64,000 nucleotides of DNA from Macrostomum lignano (Eukaryota): the NCBI GenBank assembly GCA_002269645.1, contig NIVC01003791.1, positions 12,594-76,593 on the forward strand, given 5' to 3'. The first letter of the stretch is position 1, and the number at the start of each line of letters is the position of its first letter. The position numbers and the translations under genes were made by a program. The notes under the pieces were generated by a model that saw only the letters and a program-made list of their open reading frames with translations, was not told where the DNA came from and did not search any database. Below are positions 1-11,777 of the stretch, one piece after another.

Positions 1-2415
1 GTTGGCTTCTTTGCTTTTTACTCCTTCCTTGCTTAAAAAGCAATCTCTTCTCAAGCGCTTTGATGCATATGGACTGTGATTAAAATGCACTTTCTATTGG
101 CCATTATAAATGGAAGCAATTTTCAGACCCTTGCTTAAAGCTAAAGATGTAAGTCCGAATTTATTTAAAATCTCTTTTAAACCTTAAATATATGTGATCG
201 AATGTCAGCGGGTAGTGATGACTAAAATTTTATTCTAGGCTAACTTAGTTAAAAAGCGCTGGGTGTAATTTTCTAGATAATTGTGCTCGCTTGATGCGCA
301 ACAGATCGCTAAACAGAAAGTTTTGTAAAATTCACTTTTCTTCTCTCTTGTTCATAAGTTTCGTACTGACATTCAAGGGTTGTTTTTTATGTTGAAAGTA
401 ATAAGTACAGTTATCACTGTCTTTAATCGGGCAAATAGCTGTTAAGTAATAGTCGAGCCTTTTTGCTACTGTAGTACGGCATATTTACCAGCAGAGACCG
501 CCTTTCAAAACTTATATTAGTTTGTGGACAAATAAAGAATTTTGTCGGTTGTCGCGATATGCATGCACTACTCTCGTTGAGTAAATTAAACGTGTACATG
601 TACGTATAGTAGCGTTTTTCGGCTTTATTTGGGATCAGGCTGGTAGTGTGATATACCAAAACGTCTTGTAGTTTGGATACCAGCTTTAGTCAGAACGACA
701 CGACTGATGTTTTTCTATATAACAACAAGAGACCTATCGGAGTGATTCGGATGAGAATGGAAAAATCGTTCCTGAAAAAATATATAACAATGATCTAAGT
801 GTGATGTGTTTAATTTAAATATACGCCTTTATTTTTCGCGACAATATAACAAAAATGTACAGACATACGATATAAAAGTTGCGTATATGATTATTCCATG
901 AAGTGGAACTATAGCTAATTGACTATTTCGTCTAAAAAGCTTAATGAAATAGAGTGTCATAGCGTTTTATATAAAAGCCTTTTTCGGACTGGCTTTTACA
1001 TCATAAACAAAGCAAAGGGAACCATTAGATCATTTCCTCCTTGACCTCTAAAGTCAGAACTTGTGCTACTTCGCTAGCTCTATTTATTTAATAAAATAAT
1101 CTTAACGGCTAAGGCTAATTATTGTAGAGCTATTCTGTAAAACGTGTGAAAAGTGACTGTTCTGTTTCCATATTTGTTTCTAATGCTCAGCAGAATTACT
1201 GTTTTTTATTTTTTTGTTGTTGACATTTTGTAAAATATTTTACAGAGTATTTTTAAGTGAATACTAAATAGTTTGATATTTACTAGTTTAGGCCTAATTG
1301 AAGATTTTACTTTTTATCAACCCTTTAAGACAGGCCTTAGTACAAGTATTGTAATTATATTATAATTCAAGTTTCTATTAAATAAATATATCATTATATA
1401 TAGTGAGGTTTTGAAATAAAGGTTATAAAAATATTTTAAAAAATAACTTCTGCTGTTTTTTAACCATGTTTATTAATACATATGACATTTATCTATAAGT
1501 AGGTTAGTACTATAAAGCCTATGCTATGTAATGATAACATTATTATTCTATTAGTGAATAGTTATATTGCTAGATTTAAAGATAGGCAACTAAGGCTAAC
1601 TTCATTTAAGACGATATGATAGTATTTTTATGATTTCTAGCATTTGATATTTGAGTTATTAAATAAATACATGTTTTCATTCCTATAGTATATATAATTA
1701 ACTAGACATTATATATATTATATTGTATTATCTTTTTAAATACCTTTAATATTTTTAACCTAGTTCATTTGTTCTATTAGAATATTGAAATATTTTTAAA
1801 TTTATACTTGTTTCAATATATCATATATATCTTTCTATGGGCTTCTAGCTTCTACCTTCTAGCAAACTCCTAAGATGATTGACCAAAACAAAAAATATCA
1901 TTGTTGATTGAAAGACTGGCTAAATAAAGACAGCTATCCAATATCTCAATCAAGATAAACAAATAATATTTTTAACATAATATAATAAATTAAACAGTTT
2001 ATACAAGTAAATAAATTAAAGATTTATTTTGTTTTTACTAGCAAATAAAATGTTATTTTCTGAAAATATAAAAACAAAAAATAGGCATAGGCCAAAGAAT
2101 AATTTGACCCTTTGAGTTCATTGTAGTACAATGAATGAAATCACCAAGTATTTATACTTATCTTACATAAAAGGATTCTTTTAATTCTAAAATAATATCT
2201 AGTTAATATAGTTATAAAATTCTTTACAAAAAACCTTACAGGGCTTTAACTCTTTATCCAACTTTCTGTATTGCAGAACTTACTGCTCACAAAGCGCTGG
2301 GCGAGTTGCAGTGCCATTCTGCTCAGACTTCTTGCTGACAGCTGCTAGTCTTTGTTGCTGTGGTCGAGATTGAAACAAAGAGTGTTGAATAGCAAACTAA
2401 CTAAAGTACACCCCA

Positions 2416-2652
2416 ATGAAGCAGCAGTTTCGGCACAAAGACGGCTGCTGTATTTGTGCAACAAAGAGCAGCACAACCCGTTTCCAATTGTCAACCGATT
2501 ACGAAGCCAATTTCGCGCAGGTGTTTGGCGCCAAGGCGCGCAATCGATCTGGCCACATTTGCAACGCCTGCATCCTGTGCGTTAGGCGAGGCTGCGGCGG
2601 CGGCAGTCCCAGCTATGCAGGCTCGGGCATTAACAAAGCTCCATATGCTAAT
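2416..2652 (+). CDS. SINHCAF: SIN3-HDAC complex-associated factor (FAM60A)-like, coding exon 1
   Basis: FRHKDGCCICATKSSTTRF..YEANFAQVFG..RSGHICNACILCVRR matches the FAM60A N-terminal motif (GCCICRAKSSSSRF..YEKDF..CFG..RSGDICNACVLLVKR); donor aat|gtaagc at 2653, phase 0. Confidence 0.85.
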
Positions 2653-3040
2653 GTAAGCTGGCTGGCTGGCTTGAACTTGAAGCAGATTAATTAGTTGCTT
2701 CAGAGGGTCTAGGCCCAACCCTGGGGTAACCTAACACTTTCTTTTGACTTCGAATTTCTCATTATTCTTCGTCCAGGGCGAGGGAAAGGGGGGCGGTTTT
2801 TTCGCCCAACTCATTATAAACAAGGCCACCTGAGGTCAATCGTGCCAGCATGGAGGGGACAAACTCCTTAGTGTACTATTAAAAGTATTCGTTAATGAAA
2901 CTTGTAAATTGTAATGCTTTTAAAGTTTATCAAATATTTTTAAAGGTACAAGATATACAGATGTCTAAGAATGTCTGTGCGTCTCTTCCAGTCCAGATGG
3001 TTCCAGGAGTCCACGAGAGTTCGTAAATGTCTGTACGATA

Positions 3041-3340
3041 CGATAATAATAATAATAATTGATTACACCTGCCCTAATGCGCAGATGTGCAACCGACAGC
3101 TCAGCCGCAGCTATTGCGCGGCGCATTTGAAGACTGCGTACGGCCAAGGACTGGGGGGTCGCCACACACACCCTCAATTACCCCAGCTGATGCTGGCACC
3201 CATTTTACAACCGGGTGAAATGAAGCAATTCAGAGTTAAGTGTCTTGCTCAAGGACACAAATTGTTCCGGGAGGGTTAGGAATCGAACTCCTGACTTTCA
3301 AGTCGTAAGTCCGACGCTTCAACCACTAGGCTATAACCGC
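3041..3340 (-). mobile_element. tRNA-derived CORE-SINE, copy 1 (SINHCAF intron 1)
   Basis: Minus strand shows A box TAGCCTAGTGG, B box GAGTTCGATTCC, the CORE-like segment GTGTCCTTGAGCAAGACACTTAAC..TGTAAAATGGG and an (ATT)n tail; second copy at 4222-4520. Confidence 0.8.
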
Positions 3341-3658
3341 GTTGACCACCCGGACGATATAATATATATAAGCGTCTAAGAATATCTTCCAGTGTTTATA
3401 AGTGTTTCTTCCAGTCCAGATGGTTCCAGGAGTCCATGAGAGTTCGTAAATGTCTGGACGCTAATAAAGTCAGGGGGGCTGTACAGTGTACACCTTGTGT
3501 GTGTTGCGTGCTCAGGGGCCAGCGGAATAGGCACGACTGCTGGCCTCCGCGCTTGCTGCGGGGGCCGACTGTCGATCGCCTACCTTTGATTTTTGGCAGC
3601 GCCCTCCCTCTTACAATCTGACTGGCTAACTTTATCATATAGTTAACGACTCCCTCAG

Positions 3659-3992
3659 GTCGTGGACTCGCGGCGCGGCACCGGCCCCAAACACATGAAG
3701 CAAATCAGCAAGCGGAATCGCCGGCGCGAGCTGCGCGAGGCGGCCGCTGCTAAACAGGCTAACGGCGGCGCCAGCGGAGGCGGCGGCGGTAGCGGCACAT
3801 CAGGCGGCAGTGCCAACGGCAAACTGCAGCAGTTGGCGGAGGCCGCCGGCGTGTCCGTCGACTTGTCGGTGTCGGCATCTGCTGCAGGACTGGTTGGCTT
3901 GAACGGCGGGCCTTCGGGTGGCGGGTGCAGCGGAAACGGCGGCGCAGTCAACGGAAGCGGCTCAGCTGCCATGCCTGGACAGATCGGACAGG
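3659..3992 (+). CDS. SINHCAF: SINHCAF-like coding exon 2 (VVDSRRG.., basic then Gly-rich)
   Basis: Acceptor tccctcag|gtc; VVDSRRG corresponds to FAM60A VVDARAG; donor g|gtgagg at 3993, phase 1. Confidence 0.8.
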
Positions 3993-4022
3993 GTGAGGCA
4001 GACGGGCGCGGGCACTGAGACA

Positions 4023-4700
4023 TTGATGAGGCCGACTCATGACATGATAACTGCCATTATAGGACACCAAGACAGAAGACAGACCTTAGTAGGACATTAT
4101 ATAGCACTGAGAGTATAGTATGACTTTACATGATTGCCGCAATGACATTTAAGGCAGATACTATGAAAGCACAATACTGACACTAATACACAATAGAAGT
4201 GACGGACAAAATAACATTATAGGGGTTGTAGTTGTAGAGTGTCGGACTCACGACTTGAATGTCGGGGGTTCGATTCCCAATCCCACTGGAACAATTTGTG
4301 TCCTTGAGCAAGACACTTAACTCTGAATTGCTTCAGTTCACCCAGCTGTAAAATGGGTGCCAGAATTAGCTGGGGTAATTGAGGGTGTGTGTGGCGACCC
4401 CCCAGTCCTTGGACTGAACAGCCGTACGCAGTCTTCAGATGCGCCGCGCAATAGCTGCGGCTGAGCTGTCGGTTGCACATCAGGTCAATTAGGAGGTGTT
4501 ATCAAATAATATTATTATCATTATGACATTATTTGACTACGCTATTACACAATAAGAGGGACAATATGACATTATAGGACTGATACTAATACACAATAAG
4601 AGTGACAATATGACATATGACTGACACTAGTACACAATAGGAGTGACAACATGACATTATAAGACTGACACTAATACACAATAAGGGGGTCACTATAATC
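4023..4700. repeat. Degenerate ~35-40 bp tandem repeat interrupted by SINE copy 2
   Basis: Recurrent ATGACATTATAGGACTGACACTAATACACAATA-like units on both sides of the SINE. Confidence 0.6.
4222..4520 (+). mobile_element. tRNA-derived CORE-SINE, copy 2 (SINHCAF intron 2), inverted relative to copy 1
   Basis: B box GGTTCGATTCC, CORE-like GTGTCCTTGAGCAAGACACTTAACTCTG..CTGTAAAATGGG and an ATT-rich tail; reverse complement of 3041-3340 over about 300 bp. Confidence 0.8.
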
Positions 4701-4843
4701 TCATAGGAAAAACGAAGTTTGGATTGGACACTAAGAAACTTTAAGAAAATTATGAAGTGCGTGTATGTTTCAAGAGCTTAACATTTATATTATAGCGAAG
4801 CTCAATGCTTACCATCATCCTCTCTTTCCCATTGCGCCTACAG

Positions 4844-5181
4844 ACGGAGAATTCCGAACTCCCCTGGCGCCGCCATCGAATGGCGCCACAGGGCGGCGCC
4901 GTCAGCAATATTATAAGAAGCGGGTGATCATGCAGCCCGTGAAGATACCGGACAGCAAAGAGATTGGCGAATTATTCCAAGACGTCATGCAGTCTCGCTG
5001 TATGGCCCAATCGGACGGGCCGCTGTCATTCCAGCAGGTTCATTCGGCTTTTCTAACTACAAAACGGCGCCGATTGCTGGCCAGCAGCGGCTCCGAGACG
5101 GCTTCAGTCACTAGCACTGAGGCGCCGGAGTCGTTTACTAGTGACACTCCGTCCGCTGGCAGTATTGGACCTCAGCTGTGA
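4844..5181 (+). CDS. SINHCAF: SINHCAF-like coding exon 3 (terminal)
   Basis: Acceptor cctacag|ac in phase 1 continues the frame to TGA at 5179-5181; the joined CDS is 909 nt (302 aa). Confidence 0.7.
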
Positions 5182-5349
5182 TTGGCCGGGTCAGGCTTAG
5201 GGCCTGGGGTTCAGGGTTACGTCACAGCAGGGGCCGATGAATTCGGGCCTCCAAAACAATTGAGTTTAGAAGCGAGCAATGTACTAGCGCAAACCTTAGT
5301 GGGATCAGAGAATCTTCAGCCGTGTGGGGGACGCTAAAATAACTAGATA

Positions 5350-5972
5350 TGTCACTCGAAATTAAATTAGTGAAAAAGTATAGCGTGTACTATTTTTAAT
5401 AGTTTGTTTGCGCAGCGTCACTTAATTTTTTGTGGTAGCTAAAATCTCCTTTCCTTAGTTTATGGGGTTGAGAATGAACGACAAGAATTTTAATTCGATG
5501 TACTCAAGTGAACTCAAGAGAAGACACTCAGCCTAGAGAGGGGCAGGCCCAATCTAGCTTAGCCAATGAGAGTGCAGTAGGGAGAGACTAGGGGCAGGCC
5601 CAATCTAGCTCAGCCAATGAGAGAACAGTAAGGAGAGACTAGGGGCTGGCCCAATCTAGCTCAGCCAATGAGAGAGCAGTAAGGAAAGAAGTCAACGTCA
5701 GATATAAGCGGGCAAGAAGAAAGCCAAACTGTTTATCGGCCTGACTGGGGCTGGGGCACCACCCCTTTTCTCTCTTGCTCGCTCGGGTGTGGCAGCTTCT
5801 GGGTGGAGATGTTAATTTAATAAGTTTGCTTGTAGAAAGCCAGTAGCAATTGTTGCAGCTTTAAACACTTAAATACTCTTTAAAACTTTATTTAGCCTGT
5901 ATAAAAACAAAAAACGGTAATTTTGCTACTGTTAAAGTGAAGATACTCGTAAGAGCACTTATGTGAGTGACA
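5350..5972 (+). mobile_element. Solo-LTR-like element
   Basis: Termini TGTCACTC...GAGTGACA (the inverted match extends to 14 bp into the flanks); three 51-bp CCAAT-containing direct repeats (5540-5690) followed by GATATAAG at 5701 and a pyrimidine-rich tract; no clean 4-6 bp direct TSD. Confidence 0.5.
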
Positions 5973-8521
5973 TATCTACTATTCTTGTATCTGTGAACGT
6001 AAGCAGATGGCAAGTCTCGGTCAACTACTACTTTAACTTATGATCAGTCCGCGCCCGCGCAGTTCTAGGTTTAGTCGTTATGATTTAGCCTATGATAATA
6101 CTTTACCAGTCTGCTTTTTATCTTGATAAGAAATAGATTAAGAGTTCTATTGTACAGCATTATTTACTGAGAAAAGCTGGTTTTTTAAATACAGAATTCT
6201 TGTTGGCTATTATTTTTTGGCAATTTTGGATTTATGTTTTGAGTACATTCATTAAGTTATTACGTCGTTGATGACAGGTTTAAAATTTGATTTTACTTGT
6301 TTTTACCGTCGCACAAAGACTGTTCAATAAGTAAATCATGTACTAGTAGTTTGTACTTCGTATACATATCTGCTGATTGCACTTCCCAGTATGCTTATTT
6401 TAAAAATGTGTTTGAATTGGCGCCAAGTTTCTCTTACACTGCATGACCGCACCCATGTTTAGGTAGCTATTAATGATGGTCGATACAGGCAGCTAGCAGT
6501 AGCAGTTACACAGTAGTAGTATGTGGCGCATATCGTTTGTCCCATATTTTTTCTGTTGTCCATAAAACTAATGCGCAATCTATGTCTGTTATTTTGAGTC
6601 CATTTTCCATCACTTGTATCTGGCTGTACAGTTATCACCTAGCCACTTTTGTCTTTTTCGAGTTGACTTGTCATTGTCAAGATTGACTGTGTATTGCTCC
6701 TGTTAATATTCAAATCAGTTCTGTCTGTGCGCTACGAGTATATTACTGTAGCTGTAGTACAGAGTATTATATATTAGAGTATATATAACTGTAGTACAGA
6801 GTAGGTCAAGATACTACATATATTTGCCTTGTTGCAACCCAACAATATTGAATAGTAGCAACCCATCGCTGTGGTTTTTTTGTGCTCGACTAAAATTTGG
6901 TTAGTAGTATCGTGTGCGCATGATTTTTTTCATTTGTTACTTAGTTTCTTTAATTGTTAATTTAATAGCGCATCGGTTACCGGTTATTCTACGTTGTAAA
7001 GTCTCATTCTTGCTGGCATTTAATGCGTGAGCTAATTCGTTTTTTCCTATTTATTTAATAACATGTACGCGCGTATGATTATATAGCTATACACATATTT
7101 TTATATAAATAGTATACCCAGCCATTTTGCGTTGAAGTTGCGTTTTGCTTAATTGGTTTTCCTTATCAGTAGAAACCAACGGATTTATGATCCTTACTAT
7201 TATAGCATTGTACGTTTCACTTTTTTATTGACCGCGGCTTCTTAGTCTGATAGCATCATGCTTTCCTGGAATTGAATATGTACATTCAAACGATTAGTTG
7301 TGCATTAGGGTCCGCTACTGTACTCGTATTCCATATGTTGAAATCTAAGACTTGCTGAGCTGCAAACAATTGGCTATTATACTGATTGAACTACAGGTGC
7401 TGAGCCGGCCAGGTAGGGCAATTAGAGGCAATTGCTATTTATTATAACAAATGACTATTTGTCCCAAGCAATGGCATTATAAACAACCCCATAGTTGCAG
7501 CTGAATAATGCTTTATTGAGCAAATACTTTTTACGTTTTCAAATTTTTTCTATAAAACTATTCTACATTACTTGCGCGATTGTAAAATCAATATTAAATT
7601 TTTTTCTTAAACGACCAATTTAAAAAGACGCTGAATCGCCAGAACACTTTTTGGTCTTAGTAAAGTTTTTTATTTACTACCGCAAATGTTACCAATTTAA
7701 TAACCCATTCTATTTTCCTTTTCCATGCTGTTATTCGCACCTTATTAGTTATTTTGACTATTTTTCTGCTTAGCTGACGACGTCTCATGGCCCCGATTAA
7801 TTTTAATGCAATGTAATACTGTTGTACTTGTATTAGTAATGACTGCGCGTTACGTATTTGCTGCTAACTCGGGTTGGTTCTGAAGCACTGAGCCAGTTTG
7901 TGTGTGTTGTCTCGATATTGCTATTTTTCACCTTTCCTGTCCTTATTTATACCAAATCGATCAGGGATATCTAATTTGCTTATATTTTAACTATTTTATT
8001 GTTTTCCTATTAATGATGGGTATGTAGTTACTTTTTAAAATATACAGCGTAGTTTTCCTACAAATAAAGTAAATTTAGATTTCGTATGCATGCAATAAGT
8101 TACATTTTAATACTGCCATGTGGTGTGGCAGTTCTTTGACTTCTTTGTACTTTTATTATTCCGATAGTGTCTCGAAGTTTCTATTCAATTTTAAACAAAA
8201 AGTTGATTTAAAATTAAAGTTATTAAAGTACCATTCATATTTTTCTACGAGGGTAGTTCCGTGATTTCGTAACCACAAGATGCGCGCCTTCTCAATTCAT
8301 TAACCTGCGTTTTTTATCTAATTAAACCGGTTTTTAGATATTTAGTGAATCAAGTAAAACTCAACGGATTGCGACCAAAAAAAGAAACAATTATGCAGTG
8401 AACAGCACAACACCGCATGAGCAGGCGGTACTGTTCACTAAAAATCCAAAATATCATACATGAAAATGCGTAACGTTTTGAAACTGAGTAGCGCACCTTT
8501 TACAGTAAACGTCCGAAATAC

Positions 8522-8680
8522 TGTATCACAAACACAAAATATCATAACTCCGGGTTGTAGCAACCCCAACACTTTTGTTCTTTGGAGTTACGGTCTTTCG
8601 AGATTGTTAGCCTTCTTAAAAGCGTTTTTTATAAGCGATCTTTCGGGTTTGTGATATTTTCGCTTTATGATGATGGGATC
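8522..8680. mobile_element. Degenerate remnant of the foldback/MITE family seen at 49543-49912
   Basis: Shares ATCATAACTCCG and the inverted CGGGTTTGTGATATT subrepeats. Confidence 0.45.
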
Positions 8681-8970
8681 GAATTGTGCTTTCAGAGTTG
8701 ATTTTTCAGGATTATCATGACGACCTATCCGGTGGACCACAATTGTGTACAATTGCTCACACTTTCTAAATAAAGTCTTAAGCAAGAACAACTCAACTCA
8801 ACTGAGTATTAGTATTGTCTTGAGATGAAACTGAGAGGCTCTTCATATTGCTTGTTCTTGTTCTAGAACCAGAACCAATTTGTAAAGTATAACTTTTTGT
8901 CTCCTTAACTAGAGCGATATATTTGCTATAAACTCTTAATTATTGAGTCCAGGTAAAGGTACACCGTTTG

Positions 8971-9258
8971 AGAAAAGTCAGGAAAACGAAAGCAAAAGCG
9001 AACATTCGCATTGTATATTTAATAAAATTACAATTAATTGATCAATTTTCGCGCGACATGTTTTGCCGAACAATCGGCATCTTCAGGCAATATAGATTCA
9101 TTTATTAAATATTACTCTGAATCTATATTATTGCTTTGCCTGATGAAGATGCCGATTGTTCGGTGAAACATGTCGCGCGAAGATTGATCAATTAATTGTA
9201 ATTTTATTAAAGATAAAATGCGAATGTTCGCTTTTGCTTTCGTTTTCCTGACTTTTCT
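8971..9258. repeat. Long near-perfect inverted repeat (arms of about 130-140 bp, 17-nt spacer), probable Penelope-like element terminal remnant
   Basis: 8971-9100 is the reverse complement of 9118-9258 with a few indels. Confidence 0.9.
9134..9182 (+). ncRNA. Minimal type I hammerhead-ribozyme-like motif (PLE type); mirror copy on - strand at about 9050-9092
   Basis: CTGATGA AGAT GCCGA-TTGT-TCGGT GAAA CATGTC with palindromic ACATGT stem III; the minus copy reads CTGAAGA T GCCGA-TTGT-TCGGC AAAA CATGTC. Each copy deviates from the canonical core. Confidence 0.5.
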
Positions 9259-10745
9259 TAATTATTGAATGAAAATCGCCAAGAAGAAAGTGAAAAATTG
9301 TGCAAAGTGTGGTTGTTAAGGCAGTCAAATATTCACAGAGTTAAATAGTTATACTGCTGTTTTCCTTGGAAGATCCCAACCGATTCTGGTTCTGGAATTG
9401 GTAATGTGAAGAGCCTCTGAGTTGAATAGTCCTTGATTAAAAGACGTTAAAATTTTTAAGCATAAATAAAAATAGTCAAATAAATAATTGTCTTCTAAAC
9501 TAATTTTATTTAAAAATCAATCCTTAAATTCAATTTATCACAATCTCTCTTACTTACTTTGTACCACAGCAAGAAAACTTTGTTTGACTATGTAATGACG
9601 AATTTGTACGATTTATTGTTCGGAAAGAATGAATTTCAGAGAATTATCCAAAAAACCGTGGTCCCATTTTCTTTGTCCGATATATTTCTTGATCATCTAT
9701 GTCTTATTGAAGTGTTTTGTTTGTTACTGGGTTAACTTTTGAATTTGAGTTTGTCTTTTTTCTTCATTATAAGTATTAGTTTAATTTATCTAGGCCTTAA
9801 AACTTATGCTTATGGCTTTTTATAATAGGCCTAGACTAGTTAGAGTAGGCCTAGCGCAATAAATGAAAATGACGTACAAAAGTACCGCAATAGCAGTACT
9901 GATATTACAGTACAATATATTTTACTTGTAGATCTACCATGAAACATTGTTAGACCAATCCTATACAATAATTTATGCTAGTTGCTAGGCACTTATAATT
10001 ATACTTGTTCAAACTTTTTGAAATAAAACTTTGCAAGCACTTAATTTCAATAATACAATATGCTATCCTATGGCTATTTGAACCAGTCTTATCTAGGTGC
10101 AGGTCATTTTGGTGACAAGTTATTTTGGTGACAATCATTTCATTCAGTCACATTGTTTATTTTGTTATAAGTTGCTTTTGTAATAAAACTAGGCCTACCT
10201 TTTTAAGTTTGGTAGGCCCTAAAAGTGGAATATTTTGGTTGGTAAGTTAGGCCTAGTAGTTGTAATTTTATTTTTAACAATGTTGGGCACAATTCCAATA
10301 TTCCAATACTTTAATAGTGATAGGCCTATTATTGACCATACCTTTTGGGTATCAGAGTATTAGAAGCCAGTACTTTTTTGATAGCATTAGACTTCTATAA
10401 CTTCCTTTCTTTAATAGGCATAAAGAAGACTGACTACAGAGGCTAGTAAGTAGTTAATTATCAACTACACAGGCAATACTTTTGTTAGACTATGTCAATG
10501 ATTTCTAGAAATCATACATATATAACTGCTAGCCAACCTGGCTAATTTGGCCATTGTAAATTGTGGTAAACTAGGGATAAGTTGCAAAAATGCTTACCAA
10601 AAAGAATATAGAGGTAGTAAAGTTTTAGTATATGGACTAATTAGATGATAAAGCATTTAGCCTTAATAAAATAGTCATAGTTATTCTTACTATTTATCTA
10701 GTTGCACCTACATATAAGCCATAGTTTGGATTGTGTATTAATATA

Positions 10746-11777
10746 GGCAGTTGTTATTTGTCCAGTGACCGGATGAATAGCGATGTGGTTATTTGTCTGG
10801 TTACTGGATCCTGACCATGCTTTCCTATTCATCCGGTTAATACTAGACAAATGGACATTTTGTTATTTGTCCAGTTAAATTGATAATGCTAAAATATCTA
10901 GTTTATAAAAACCACAAGGGTAAATATTCCTAGACTTCAAAGACTTCTTACTTGTGTCTTGATTATTATATTGTTATACTAATATGTGTCTTAGGCACAT
11001 GACCAAGATGGCCATAGCTCTGAGTGTCTAAATAGATAATAATAAGACTGGGTACATATATTTAACTCTTTTTTAGTAATAAAGAAAATAGTTATAATAG
11101 AATTGTATTATAAATATAATCATTCCCTTTGGACTTAGGCCTAGCTTTTATTGTAGCCTGACCTATAGAGGCCTATCTATTTATCCACTATATGAAGCAA
11201 GTAACCTAGCACAAAATAAATACCCTATGGCTATGACATTTAAATATTTATCCTAATTATTTGCATAGCTAGCATTACCATTATTAGCAATAGTTTCTTA
11301 ATAAACAGATTGTGATAGATTTGATAGATGTGATGACAGAATAAATTGGCACAAACACTAAAAAAGATTAAAGGTTTTGTATTAAAAGTAGGCCTAATTA
11401 GTTTCAAATCTATTATTGTATTAGTTTATAAATATAATTGATTAAAGAAAAATAATTTAATATATTATATATTATTGCTAATTAATGATAGATAGAAAAA
11501 GAGAGTAGATATAATAAATATTCAATGTTGTGGCCATCTTGGTGTGTGGCTATCTTGGTCTTACACCGTGTCTTATACACCAAATTATGCCAAATTGAAT
11601 ACACTGCTTTGCTGCTTACACTCAAATAATACAAGAAAATATTAATCAGTATACAAGAAAAGGTCTTAAAAATCTAGAATATTCATTACAAAACAAATAA
11701 GATATTTGTGTTAGCAATTTAACCGGACAAATATCAAAAAGGCTATTTGTCCGGTCACTGGACAAATAACAACTGCC
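10746..11777. mobile_element. Non-autonomous Mutator-like (MULE) DNA transposon
   Basis: 36-bp TIRs GGCAGTTGTTATTTGTCCAGTGACCGG.. / ..CCGGTCACTGGACAAATAACAACTGCC and an exact 9-bp TSD ATTAATATA (10737-10745, 11778-11786); no transposase ORF. Confidence 0.8.

Noticed and set aside
4222-4290. tRNA gene
   Set aside because: The tRNA-like head runs directly into a CORE domain and tail and no complete acceptor stem is evident; it is a SINE.
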